Assembly: GCA_964016885.1 (NCBI GenBank)
Contig: OZ024742.1
Location: forward strand, 155,930,001-155,994,000
Reading direction: 5' to 3'
DNA from: Eledone cirrhosa
Taxonomy: Eukaryota
Length of the DNA stretch: 64,000 nt
The notes under the pieces were generated by a model. The model saw only the letters and a list, made by a program, of their open reading frames with translations. It did not search any database and was not told where the DNA came from. Position numbers and translations under genes: made by a program. Below, piece after piece: positions 12,430-25,110 of this stretch (position 1 is the stretch's first letter; the number at the start of each line of letters is the position of its first letter).

Positions 12430-12620
12430 AGCATATTCAACTGAAAACTCGTGGACGTAGTTATGGTTGAGTAGTAGTTAAAAAGTTCTCTATGAAACGC
12501 CGAATACAAACGTCTCATCCCAGGTGGAATCTTTGCCACATAGCCCGGAATATTCTCAGTGAAATCAGGAGGACTGAAGTTGCCGGAGGCTGGAACAATT
12601 TCCAGCCTTATCACATATGA
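12430..12620 (+). pseudogene. Possible old MULE-type transposase fragment
   Basis: RRIQTSHPRWNL...RRTEVAGGWNN loosely resembles the MULE P..WN....RTNN..EGWNN motif; short and decayed. Confidence 0.3.
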
Positions 12621-12899
12621 TGTTATGATGATTCGGGGCGAAGTTACATGAAAGTACATATATTGATTACGTATTCACTTACAATTTAATCTACCGAGTA
12701 CATTGTTTAGTTGAAAAACTAAATTATCATCGTCGAAACCACCGGGGACGCCTTTTATCCGATTTAATGCAAGAGCACAAGAGCCTTAATATAAATTCCT
12801 ACGTTGGAATCATGAAATACTACAAAGTTAAAGATAATAAGAAAATCATATATTTCGAGCCATGATCAAAATATATGGTGTGGTATCACGAAATAATAC

Positions 12900-13110
12900 C
12901 TGGTTAATGCTATGTTTGCTATTATATAGAGGGAGCTATAAAGTAAAAAATAGTCCTCCTTGAAGTCATGATGAAAAACATGTTCTTTCGAAGTAGAATT
13001 CCACAGTGTTGTCCTCGTATCATATACATTTTGATTAATGTCTTTTGTTTTTATGAAATTTTCGATAATTCTTGCTAACATCAAGAGTGAGACCAGATGA
13101 TTCATTTTTA
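12900..13110 (-). CDS. Putative host exon (KMNHLVSLLMLARII...YIIANIALT); alternative acceptor at 13174
   Basis: Within the 138-aa ORF 12866-13282; ttttctccAG acceptor, cag/GTatta donor; phase 2 end matches the 4270 exon. Confidence 0.45.
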
Positions 13111-13352
13111 CTGGAGAAAACAATGATTTATGTTTTTGTAAAAAGGCATTTAAGGTGGGAGATGTGGATGAGTGCTGGGGTAACAAAATTAAAGAAAGTA
13201 AGAGGGAAAGAAATTGAAAGGAATTTCTAACAACATAAATAGCAAACTCTCCAGCAACGTAAATAGCAAAAAACATCATCATTGAATGAGAGGAAACAAA
13301 TGAGTTTTATCACAAGTGCGAATAGCAAATAAATCAAAATACGTTAAATTTC

Positions 13353-13421
13353 TAATAATAATAATAATAATAATAATAATAAGTATAATAATAATAATAA
13401 TAAAAATAATAATAGTAATAA
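13353..13421. repeat. Imperfect (AAT)n microsatellite, no insertion
   Basis: Directly visible. Confidence 0.9.
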
Positions 13422-13565
13422 TTTGCTAAGGGGTAATATATTTTGTATCTGTCTTATATGATTAAACAACAAGTATACAAAAGAGAAATTGAAATAAAAT
13501 ACGTTCCTATTCATCATTTCTATAGAGGACAATGTTTGATCCTTCTTTGATCTGTATGTTCATAC

Positions 13566-13650
13566 AAGGGATGCAAGTAAAAATTTGATCTCGTGTAAGT
13601 ATTTCTATGATCTCATCCTTTAATTTAGTGTGGGGAATGTTACATGTATT
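13566..13650 (-). CDS. Putative host exon (NTCNIPHTKLKDEIIEILTRDQIFTCIP)
   Basis: ttttttctctgttcAG acceptor; GTatga donor gives phase 1; donor choice uncertain. Confidence 0.3.
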
Positions 13651-13836
13651 CTGAACAGAGAAAAAATCATTTTTAATGTAATGTTCAGTTCCAAACGATT
13701 TGACCTTTGATCTCAGCATATGGTCATTTGACAATTCAAAGAACCTAATGTACATATGCATTTTTACAAATGCGTACACACATGCATACAAATGCGCACG
13801 TCCGGGCACACTCAAACACAAGTCTACCACCCTATT

Positions 13837-13907
<71 letters not shown>

Positions 13908-13911
<4 letters not shown>

Positions 13912-14120
13912 GTTTCCACTCTCGGCAAAAGGTCAGCAATGTTTGGGGAAGGGTACATTGATTAAATCGACCCCATTTCATTACTGGTCATTTATTTCAT
14001 CGACTCCATAAGGATGAAAGAAAAAAAACTAACCTCGGCGGGATTTTCTCTTATATCGTTAAGGGGCGTAACTCTATGCTGAACAGGATGGTGTTCGACG
14101 CTGTACTGATACTGCTAATG
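13908..14120 (-). mobile_element. Diverged full-length SINE
   Basis: SINE core plus tRNA-like head ending GATACTGCTAAT. Confidence 0.8.
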
Positions 14121-15414
14121 AAGATGGAACATGTAGTGAATGATGTTTCTTATTCAGAAAAATCTGATTAATAATGAAAGATTACAGCACAGTTTCTCCA
14201 CACAATTTGTTGCCACTTTTAGAAAAGTGGTCAGCAGCCGCAGTGGAGAATCGAACGCCGTATCCTTCGAAGACCCTGCACTAGTTAGTTTATCATCGTA
14301 TATGCGAGACTGCTTCTTCCTTCCATCGATTTGTTCCAGTCACTTTTCTAAGTTGTTGTTTATTGTGATCGATTATAGTTATAATTATTTTCAGCGTTTG
14401 GTGTTCCCACATTTTAAAATTTCATATTAACCTGCGCTTCAATAGCTCACAAACTAAAAGCAAACGCAGAAATAACACAACAACCTATGTGATCTGCTAG
14501 AAAGTGCAGCCAGATATCATCATGTTTCATACATAAATGTCACAATGAACATCTTCACACAGATGAGAGCAACATAAAAAAACGATTCACTTGCTCGAAA
14601 TATCAGCTTGCCCGTGTTGGTGTCCATGTCTCTTTACACCTTTGTGTCCGTATGTATGTGTATGCCACCTGGCATAAAACAGAGATTACTGAAGTAAGTA
14701 ACATGATAGAAGAGATTACGTACTTGAAATGAAAAGGTCAACCAAATCTCTTTACAGCGGTGTACTAGGATGGTCGCTTTCTGATGATATTGTTCAGTTA
14801 TCACTGTCGTGATTTTGTTGAAATATACTTATAGCTTAGCAACCTATTCAACCTGCTATCAATACAATCCGGCAAGTGCATGGTCCCGTGTTTGTGTTAA
14901 CGTAAGTCTTCTTGTCTTTCATTTACCGCAATATTTAAACATACTAATATGAAAACAAATATGCCTGAAATTTATCTTAGATTTAGTGTTGTACTTTTTA
15001 ATGTATTAAATTATTTTTAGAATATCAACATTCTTCTCAATGCGATTTTCACTAAGACGTTTGCATGCATATTTGTAACATAAATGAGATATTAAAATGA
15101 CATTTTTTTTTGTTGATTTATATTGAAGAGTTTTTGGGTTTTTTTGTGTTTACTGGTTGATTAGTATGCTTAATGGTTAATTGTTAGCACATATTTGTAT
15201 AATAATTATATAGAATTCATAAAGATAATCTTCGTCTCCTGCTCATAAATATATACAAACACACAAAAACATAATTTTCTTCATCATTCTTTCCATCGTT
15301 GTATTCTTTCCATATCTCTCCGACTGCGGTCATTTATCCTCTTTCTATGCTGATCTTCATTTGAGAATGTATACTCTCTTATTAACGGCGCTTGGGCATT
15401 AACCATGCACACAC

Positions 15415-15581
15415 TTGTTTAATGATGCTGAACTTGTGATCATCCACAGTTGTTTCCAAATATTTCCTTCTACAACTATTGCAAATATTACATCTTTTCG
15501 TTGAAGGAGAAATACATTGATCACCAACCGAACACATTTTTTCCCTGTCTATGATGTGTACCCTTCTTTTACAGAGGTCCA
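15415..15581 (-). CDS. Putative Cys-rich host exon (DLCKRRVHII...CNICNSC...SIIKQ)
   Basis: Open frame, AAG acceptor, caa/GTgtgt donor, phase 1 to 0. Confidence 0.3.
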
Positions 15582-16021
15582 CTTAACGGCAAATAAGCAA
15601 TATATATAATTAGAATTTAGCTTCGAACATAGCTGTATACAACTATTTATTTGAATTTCGTATTTCTAGAGAAATACGGTAGGTTTATGGATAAACATTT
15701 AGAAAGCGATACCTATGAAAAAGACTGGCAGTGGTGCCAGCAGAAGCAAGGAGACAATCGTAGATGTATTTCCGACTCAACTATTTCTCGTCACGATGAT
15801 CTCTCCTGCTCCTGCAAATGCTGGACTTTGAAAAGAGGCGAAAATATATAGTTTTTAAGTCTGTGTAAATGAGGTGGTTAATCTCATCTACATATGAAGC
15901 TGTACAATTTGGCTCAACTTATAAAACAATAGATGTAGAATTTAGCTTCGAGCATAGCTGTATACATATATGGATTTTAATTTCGTATTTCTGAAGAAAT
16001 ACGGTATATTTAATAAAAAAT

Positions 16022-18114
16022 ACGCGAACAAGAGGGACACATTAGAAAAAATCAGGCCGGTAAATCTGCTCAACACAGACTTTAAGATTTTAGGGAAGAT
16101 GTTGGCGTTTGTAGTCGAATATTTGGTTGGGGAGGCATAAACTTGCACAATCCCGACCAGGTCCATACACGACAACCTTCCTCTCATGCGATACATCATA
16201 AAGAGGGTAGGGTGTAAAACTGGCTTCAATGGGGCTCTGATCAATTTAGATCAATCGAAAGCTTCGATAGGGACAACCATCGGTACTTGGAGGCTGTCCT
16301 CAAGGACGCTGTTGTTCGGTCTCGTCTGGATCGCTTGAATGCATAGCGGCATCTGCTCTGTGGTCAAAGTTAATAACCACCACTCAGCTCTCGGAAACGT
16401 TTCAGATCTCTCGATCGGTCTCTCGCTTCTGTACGTATTTACTCTCGAGGCTTTACTGCGGAAGCTATAGCTGTTGCAGGGCCTCCCGCACGAATCGGGA
16501 CGCGGAAAGGCTGAGGCCGCTTAAGCCGACGACTTCCTCATTATGATGTCAGACACCTCGGGTGTGGTCGGCATATCATGGCACGAGTATGAATGGTTGG
16601 CGATAGCGAAACTTAAATCGGAAAAGTCGGTGAGCTTGCAGCTCGGCACCTAGTGAGACAAGTCGATGCCATCAATCAGCGCTGGTTAGATGGACCGGTA
16701 AATTGCTTGGGATTTCATTGGGCCCAGACCTACATGTTGATCAGAATTGGGACGAGGTGACGATCAGGGTAGCCAGTGTCACCCAGAAATGGACTGCAGG
16801 AAAGCTGTCGCTGAAAAGCCGGGAGGAAGTGGTGAATGCGAACATCGTATCCGTCATCTACTACCGCCTGACCGTCGTGCCTAGCTCTCGTCTGCGCCTC
16901 ACCAGGTTGGAATGGCTCCACTTCAAATTCTTTGTAGAGAGGGCAGGTTTCGTTGATTAGGCGATCCCTCTCCTCCCAGCACCCTCTACGCGGAGGGCTG
17001 GACATATCATGCGGAGACATAAACTGAGGCCGTGGCATCTCCAGATATTCTGCCTCAATGGTGAACAGGTTTTGTCGACGTTTGTCACGCGGGCCTTACC
17101 GCAGCTCGTCTTTTTGACTAAGCTACAGTCCTGGGTCAGGACGAGACCAAGAGTGGGTGACTCGCTTCTGGAATGTTGCCAGGCACTCACTTCCCTCGAC
17201 CAGGCGGGCACTGGGCTCAGTGGAACTCCCACTCTCGAGTTCTATAGATGATTAATGGTGGGCAAATGCGACGATGGAGAGGAGAGGCTCTGAGCTTCGA
17301 CGAAGTCGAACTGACAAGACTGTTCCGGAGGACTTTCGATCCGGGGACGATGGATAACTTCCAGAAATCCCTCGTTTTACAGTGCTACTGGGGGATACTG
17401 CCGGTTTGAGATAAACTCTACAGGCACGGAAGTGCTGTCAGACGGACATGACAGATTTGCACACGGTGACGATACCGTTCTGCACGCAGTCGTCCAGTGT
17501 CCTTGCATTGCTGACTTGTGGAGTTATGTCGAACAGCTGTTGCCGAGTCCATAGTGAATATATAGACCCGCCGTCGTATTTTGCCATTTTCATCTAGTTG
17601 GTGGCAGTTGCTAAAGAGGTTTGATGATGGACCAGGTTGAAAAGACTGAAAACAGACATTTTCGCTTCGGCCTATCCCTCATCAACTTCTTCAAGTTTCA
17701 CCTAGAACGGAAGGTGAGGGTGGAGAGAGAAGTACTGACCCCAGTACAATTGCTAAAGGTGAATGCATGTGGCGAGAATGACCTGTGTGATAGGGCCTAC
17801 TCTGACCATGCAGCTGTTGGCTGGTTATTGGAAGAAGAGGGGTGCCCTCTCCGGGTACCCTAGAAGCGTCGTTTGGTTCAAGATTGGTGGGGTTCATGAT
17901 CGCCCTTGGCAGGTTCATCCCCATATAGGGGAATTTATTTTGTTATGTTTATACATAGTTTATTTTTATTTTTTTCATTGTTAGATAGATTTTCTTATTG
18001 TGCATTTGAATTAAGCTTATTGTAAACCTCCACTGTCCATGTCTATGTATTGTCCCCTATATGTCGGCCATTGTTGCCAATAAATAAAATCATTAGCATT
18101 AATAAAAATAACAA

Positions 18115-18116
<2 letters not shown>
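16022..18116 (+). mobile_element. Old 5'-truncated Tx1/L1-clade LINE (RT to 3' UTR)
   Basis: RPVNLLNTDFKIL, DQSKA, KLSLKSREEV, IYYRLTVVP, FQKSL..QCY; AATAAA then (TTA)n. Confidence 0.85.

Positions 18117-18149
<33 letters not shown>
18117..18149. repeat. (TTA)n tract shared tail-to-tail by a Tx1(+) and an R4/Dong(-) element
   Basis: Directly visible between the two 3' ends. Confidence 0.9.
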
Positions 18150-18150
<1 letters not shown>

Positions 18151-18819
18151 AGTTGCATGTATCTTTATTTATGTTCATACGAGTTATCACCAAGTCACAA
18201 CCAGTGACCTCAAGAGACAACAAGGTCCGCCATGTTCAAGGTCCGCCTACACACACATGCATCTTTAGGTGTTTAGACTTGTGATGTACTTATATTGACA
18301 TAATCTTCCTTAGTATATGGGCAGTTCCCATTAGTACTATCTTTTGTATTTCTCCTATACGCGGGTTTGCTGGGATTTTCGATGATAAGTAATCATTAGA
18401 CCCCTTAGGTATCATTCCTAGAGCACCCACAACCACTGGTATTGTTTTAGTTCTCAATTTCCACATTTATCCAATTTCTATCTCCAGGTCCTTATACTTG
18501 CTCAATTTTTCAAATGTGTTTATAGACACATTCTTGTCTATTGGAATGGACATATCAATTAGCAGGCATACCCTCTTTTTAAAGTCCTTCTGTATTGTAT
18601 CAGGTCTATTTGCATCTATTTTTCAGTCTGTTTGGATGCTAAAGTTCCAAAAGATTGAGATGTGATCTTTTTCAAGTATGGTAGGTGGGTGACACTCCGA
18701 CCAATTCTTTTGATGGGGCATGTCAAAATGCTTACACATTATCCAATGTATATATTGTGCAGCTCGGTCATGCCTGTTTAGGTATTCGGTTGGAGCTACA
18801 GGACTGCACATTGAAATTA
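18150..18819 (-). mobile_element. 3' end of an R4/Dong-clade LINE (CCHC and restriction-like endonuclease)
   Basis: CSPVAPTEYLNRHD, WNFSIQTD, NRPD, EKLSKYKDL, IPVVVGALG. Confidence 0.9.
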
Positions 18820-21800
18820 TAGAGTTTATCCCGAACTGGCAAAGCTCCTCGGTAGCACTGCCAGGCCAGGGATTTCTGGAAGTTGTCCATAGGCCCCGGC
18901 CCGAAAGTTCTTCTGAAGCCTTTGGCTAGTTGATTTTTGTCGACGCCTAGATTTCACCCAATTACGTCGTCGCCCTTCGACTCCATTAATCGTCTATAGA
19001 ACGCCAAGGTGGAGTTTCCACCGATCACATTACCTGAATTGTCGAGAGCTGTGAACGCCTGAATACATTCCAGTCTCCAAGCGATACCACTCGGTCTTCG
19101 CCTGACTCAGGACTGCAGCTCCGTCAAGGAGACGAGCTGGGGAAAGACGCGTCTAGCAAACAGCGACCACACCTGATCACCGTCGAAGAAGAGGTGAATA
19201 TATCGTAGCCTGAGCGCGTGCCTGCGTATCATCAGCCACGGCATGCCCAGCCCTCCACGTAGCGGGTGTTGACAGCAGATGGACCGCCTGGCCATCGGAG
19301 CGCGTCCCTTCCATAAAAAGCGAAAGAGAAAACGCTCCAGCGCTCTCAGCCGGGGCTTAGGACAAGGTACGACGGTCAGGCGGTAGTAGATGACAGACGC
19401 GATGTACGTGTTAGCCACCTCCCCTCGACCTTTCAGGGATAGCTTCCACTCCGCCCATTTCTGGGTGAGAGAAGCCACCCTGCTCGTCACCTCGTCCCAG
19501 TTTTTGATCGTCTGGAGGTCCGGACCTAACCAGACCCCTAGCAATTTAACTGGTCCGTCCGTCCAGCGCCCGACGACGCTGTTGGACGGCATGGACCTGC
19601 CTCTCCAGGTGCCGAGCTGCAGGCCCACTGGTTGATCATTGCTCCTGTCACCGCTTCGTATTATGTTAGTGTAGTCCCGATCGCCTCGATGTGTTTGGCG
19701 TTAGACACCACTAGCTGACACGGATCTTCAGCATCCTAGTTCGCGCGGGATCCCCCTCAACGTCTCTAGTTTGTGCAGAAATGGCTCGATAGTCAATACG
19801 TACAAGAGCGACGAGAGGGGACATCTTGGCGAACCGAGTGGATGATGATGAACGGTTCCGAAAGGTGATCGTGCATTTTCACCACAGAGCAGATGTCGCT
19901 GTGCATGGCAGTGATCCAGCCTCTGAAGACGTGCTCAAAGCCAGCCGCCCTCAGGACTGCCACTAGGGTACGATGGTCGATCCTATCGAAAGGTTTCGAA
20001 TGATCTAAATTGATCGGGATCCACCCGTGCCAGGTTCCCTAGCTACACTCTCTACGATGTATCGCATGTGGTGGAGGTTGTCGTGGATGGATCTGTCGGG
20101 AATGGCGCATGTCTGCACCTCCCCGACCAGACTACCAACAACAAGCGCCAATCTCTTTGCTAGCACCTTGGCCAAAATCTTGAACTGTGTGTTTAGCAGA
20201 GTTATGGGCCTAAAATTATCTATGTTATCCCCCTTGTTCGGATCCTTTCTCAGCAGCGCCATAGCTCCTCGGCTCACAGAGCTGGGAATTCTCACTTTGT
20301 GTTGCCAGTTGCAGTAGACGCCCGCCAAGAGCCCTCCGAACAAGTCTGGCATCTGTACGTAAAGTTCATAGGGCAGACCATCCAAACCAGTCGATTTACC
20401 CCTCATGCATCCAGCCATAGCCTCCCGTACTTCAGCGGCTATTATCGGCTTTTCGCAACACTCCGCCTCAGTGGCCGAGAGCCGCAGCAGTCCGTCGAGG
20501 TAGACACTAAAATCCATCCCCCGATCCGGCCCGCCGCTGCCCCCGAACAGCTGAGCGAAGTGTCGCTGAAAATCTTCACACATTTGCCCGGGATCGAGTA
20601 GCATGCACCCGTCTTGGACCACCAAAAACCGGAACGTGGCTTTGTTGCCACGACGCGCTTCCGCCACTCGGGCCCATTGAACGGCTTCCGTCCCCTCATG
20701 TCTGAGAGCACGCACCCTAGCTCTGACAACGCAGCCTTCGTGCTTTGCATTGAAGAATTGGTCAAGGGCCAATTTCGCCGCACGTACGTCGGTCGCGATT
20801 CCTTTGCTAAGCGCCTCGTCTAATTTTCTAACTAGTTCACCATCTGCTTTATTTTTCTGTATTACTAATGCCTTACTAAACCTAATGGACTCTATTCTAA
20901 TCGCTCTTTTCAGAGCAAACCACCACTTGTTGTTGACGATGGCCCCCGTCGACGCCCGCTTAACTAGTTCGCTAATCCGGTCTCTGTAGGCCTTGCGCGC
21001 TGGTAAGGACGCTTTTAGCTTACAGTAGCTGTGTCCTCGTCTATGAAGCCTATCTAAATCAAGCACACATATCACGAATTTGTAGTCCGTGTAGCTGAGT
21101 ATCTTGAATTGTGGACAGCCTATGCTAGACCTATCTATTTCCCTACAAAATACTCTATGTAGATATGATCTGGATGACCCTATTCAGTTTGTCCAAGTCC
21201 ACATTAGCACATTCGGGAAATCCAATCGGTACCTGTCAGACAGTTCAAAACGCCTTATCATGTTGGTGAGGCTTTACACCATCCTCCCCTATCCGCTAAT
21301 CCCACACAGTCCCAGCGTGCATGTAAGATCCCGTTCCAGTCGCCCTTTAACTCTACAGAGCGGGACGTTCCAAGAAAGGTTTCCAGACGCCGGAAGAAAT
21401 CAGGGCCGCCCTGCTCCTGTTGGGGCATATACGGCCACTAGCCTAAAAGCTTGTCCGTCTCCGCTGGTCACCTCCAGCACCACCATCTTACCTTCTGCGT
21501 CTAGGAAGATGGCCCGTATGGCGAGATCCAAACATCTCCGAAAAAGCACAGCAACTTCTCCCCCGATCCAGGACAGCTGGGAGACGCGTACACATAGTAG
21601 CCGCCGAAGATCGGTGCAAAGGCCCATGCTTGGGAGATTCTGGTCTCGCTGATGGCCACTACATCTATGTTTAGTGACCTAAAGTTGTTGAGAAGGTGGC
21701 CCTGCTTCCATGACGACCCCAAGCCACACGCATGTATGCTGCCTATTCTGAGTAAGGTCCTGCTGAAATGGAGTGGAAAATATGGGAAAGACCAATATCT

Positions 21801-23957
21801 TAATTCTCGTAGTGGAAGGATGGTTTCTCCAACCCTTTTCACTTGATCGTCCGGTGAAGGGACCGTTGAATCGTCCCTCCGGCTGGTCGTCTGCTCTTCT
21901 TTGAGTATATCCGAATATACTCTCCGGTTGAGTGCCCCTCCTAGATCTCTGAAATCACCAACTGCGTTGGGGAATTTCGTTTTAATGTTTGCGTATTGTT
22001 TCTGTGCTATTCTTACTAGTCTTATGTTCGATGGTGTTTTGATTGGTACTGGTATTATGTAGTCGTGCTGTGAATTGTCTGTGTGTTCAATTATGTAAGT
22101 CATTAGTTTATTGTTGTGTGTATTTATCGCTGTGCATTTGGTTTTCTGTGGGTGGGGTGTCGTTCTGCTATATTCTTGCCGTTGTTTCTGGGTGTGTGTG
22201 TTTTGTTGTTGTGTTTGCGATTGTTGTGCTTGTGGTGGTGGTGTTGAAGGTGTTGTTGTGTTTGCGGTGGGGTTGCCGCCGGTGGTGATGGTGGTGCTAG
22301 TGTGGGTGGCGATGGTGTTGTTGTTGGTGATGTTTGCATTGGAGTCTCTGTTGCACCTACAGTTGGTATTACTGTTGTTTTTGTTGTTAATACTTCCACT
22401 GCTGCTGCTGTTCTTGATTTCCGTGGCGTGGGTATGTGTGCCATGGACCTATCCTTCGTGGTTGCCGCCTCTCCTGTTGCTGGCAGCAGTGGAGCCGGTT
22501 TCAGAAGGAGGGTGTTTTCTCCTTTCTCAGGGTCTTCACATTGCAGAAGGCCCTGAGGGGAGTCTTCGATCCACAGCGAAAGCATTTCGGGCGTTTGCCC
22601 TCAACACTTATGGGCAGTTGAGTGCCGTTATCGAAGTCTATCACATACGGGATAGCTTCGATGCACTCCTGGTTGGTTTGGTTTAACATCTTAATGGAGG
22701 TGCCGACCCAATCTTCTCGTACTTTTTTCTGTACTTTCAGTACAGTTGATTTGTCCTCGATTCTGACGAGGACAAACGCGGCCAGCCAAGATCGGGCCAT
22801 CCCAGGGGTTGGGGGGTGCATGGGTAGGTTTGACCCTCACACTTTTTTGCCCGCAGTAGGAGCGCACCAACACCATTTCCTCGCTCCTTAGGATCACTAA
22901 GGATTGAGCCGTTGCCTCCTGGGGTTTAGCAAAAAGCCCGTCCACGGTGGCATATTTCTTGCCTCGGGTGATATGCGTTTTCCGCTGCCACACAGACCCT
23001 AAGTCTTTTTGTATTTGAGCCTCTGTGGCTCTTTCAACCCTACGGGATTTTGAGCTTACTGTACTGTACGTGATCGTACAGTGCTGTTGGTTTTCGAAAA
23101 AAGGTTCGGCTGCCTTGCAGATTGCTCGGTGTCCGGTTTTCGTCACCATTTTCTTTGCTTCCTGTAATTCCTCATTTGTTATAAGGATCGCTTCCAGGTT
23201 CTTTGCGATACCTGCAAACGAGATTGTTTTTTCTTTCTTGTTGTTGTTGTTGTTGTTGTCGTCAGAGCTGCTATTACTTTTGTTGTTGCTGCTGGTACTA
23301 CGACCGCCGCCGCCGCTGTTGCTTTGGTTGTTGATGTTGTTTCTGCTGCTGTTGTTATTATGCTGCTGCTGATGTTGGTGCGGCTGCTACTAGTGTTTTC
23401 CTTGTCACTGTTGCTGCTGCTGCTGTTATTACGGCTGCTACTGCTATTCTTCATGACGTCAGACGAATGAAATGGCTTCCCGTATTTACCGCACACATTT
23501 TTCGTCGTTGTCGTCGTAGTGAAGAAATGTTCCACAGAATGCACGTGCACTTGGTGAACGCTATTATAAACTGTATTTTTCTTTTTCTTTAATGGCGTAG
23601 CTTGCGAAAGAGAAGGGAGGGATAGAGACACATTTAGAGAAGGGAGGGAGAGAGACAATCTTCTCTCTGATGTAGTGACGATTGAGAAAGAAGAAGACGG
23701 AATGAGTGGGAGTGACTTGTGAAAGTTGTTTTTTGTAGCCATGTTTTATTTTGGTTTAAAATGAATATTGGGCACAACACCCAAATAAGCGGTTATTTAA
23801 CCTTGAAGGGCCAAATAACGGGCAGAAAGACACCTCTCACGAGTGGGAGGGTATTTTTATCTACAATTTGGTTAAAGTTTTAAACAATTTATAATTGTTA
23901 TAGTGGTTAACAATTACTATACCTTACAGAGCCGAGCCTCCGTCAACCATGGCATTC
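18820..23957 (-). mobile_element. Tx1/L1-clade LINE with 5' UTR, ORF1, APE and RT, lacking its 3' end
   Basis: ORF1 zinc knuckle CFRCGSKTPLRAFC; APE IGSIHACGL, ISETR, VAVYAP; RT KSTGLDGLP, FRPITLLN; breaks off at RDKL. Confidence 0.9.
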
Positions 23958-24118
23958 AATAATAATAATAATAATGATTTCTTTATTGGCCACAAGGGTT
24001 GACATCAAGAAAAACATTACAGACGACACAGGACGTGTGGGTTTTGTGCGTGTAAATATTTTTATTATTTATATCAGAAAAGAAAAAAAGACATAGAAAT
24101 ATATATATATATATATAT

Positions 24119-24600
24119 GTAAAGTTATATTTAAAATTGTTGGGTTACAACTAGTAAATATTTATAACTGATATAAAAGCACTCGACAAATACTTGGAGT
24201 ATATTTACAATATTAAATAAATGGAAAACTATATTTATAAAACCATATCTATTTCATTATATATATTTCGGGGATATCATATTAACAATATGCTATGCCT
24301 TCATCAGACAAAATACAATATAAACAGTTTTATAGATAAATATATTCGACATACCGTATAAATATATTCGACATACCGTAATAAACATCAACTTCATTTG
24401 AAGAGGTTCTGCTAGAGTGAACCTCTTCAAATGAAGTTGATGTTTATTACGGTATGTCGAATATATTTATCTATAAAACTGTTTATATTGTATTTTGTCT
24501 GATGAAGGCATAGCATATTGTTAATATGATATCCCCGAAATATATATAATGAAATAGATATGGTTTTATAAATATAGTTTTCCATTTATTTAATATTGTA
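24119..24600 (-). mobile_element. PLE terminal remnant forming a long hairpin (24206-24410/24420-24600), inserted in the Tx1 3' UTR (TA)n
   Basis: Near-perfect inverted repeat with 9-nt loop; equivalent empty (TA)n site at about 29312-29323. Confidence 0.85.
24493..24554 (+). ncRNA. Type I hammerhead motif (mirror copy 24252-24313 on minus)
   Basis: ttttgt CTGATGA, long imperfect stem II, GAA ATATATAT A atgaaa. Confidence 0.65.
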
Positions 24601-25110
24601 TATATATATATATATATATAAACAATAACAATGAAAATTGAAACATTGAAAAATTCCACAATAGGGGGGAAACCTCCGAGGATTACTCGTGGCGAAAACC
24701 ACACAAAAGTCCACGGCCACACTGACCACCAGGGCAAGCGCCCTCTCTCAATTTCTCCACTACAGACGTATATTCAGAGTGGTCCCGTTCACTCGGACCA
24801 TTCTCGCTACATTCACCCACCTTTCCACAAACTTGCTAGAAGGCAGCACTTGCCTCTCCACCCTGATTTTCCTCTTCAAGAGAAAATTGTAAAAGTTAAT
24901 TAGGGATTCGCCGAAGAGGAAAGTGTCTGTCTTTAACCCTTTCAACCATGTCCACCACACAATCTCTTTCGCCATGGCCATCAGGCAGATGAAAACTGCC
25001 TGCCTTTCCTCCTCGAAGGAAGACGGCGAGACCATCTGCTAAGTGGACTCAGTCGATAACCAAATCAGTCCTACACGCGGCAGCAACTGTTCGTAATAAT
25101 AATAATAATA

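Larger units (their letters stand above)
23976..25093 (-). mobile_element. 5'-truncated Tx1 copy between (AAT)n tracts (23958-23975, 25094-25110), split by a PLE
   Basis: Colinear with about 28837-29455; AKEIVWWT, SKFVERW. Confidence 0.9.
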
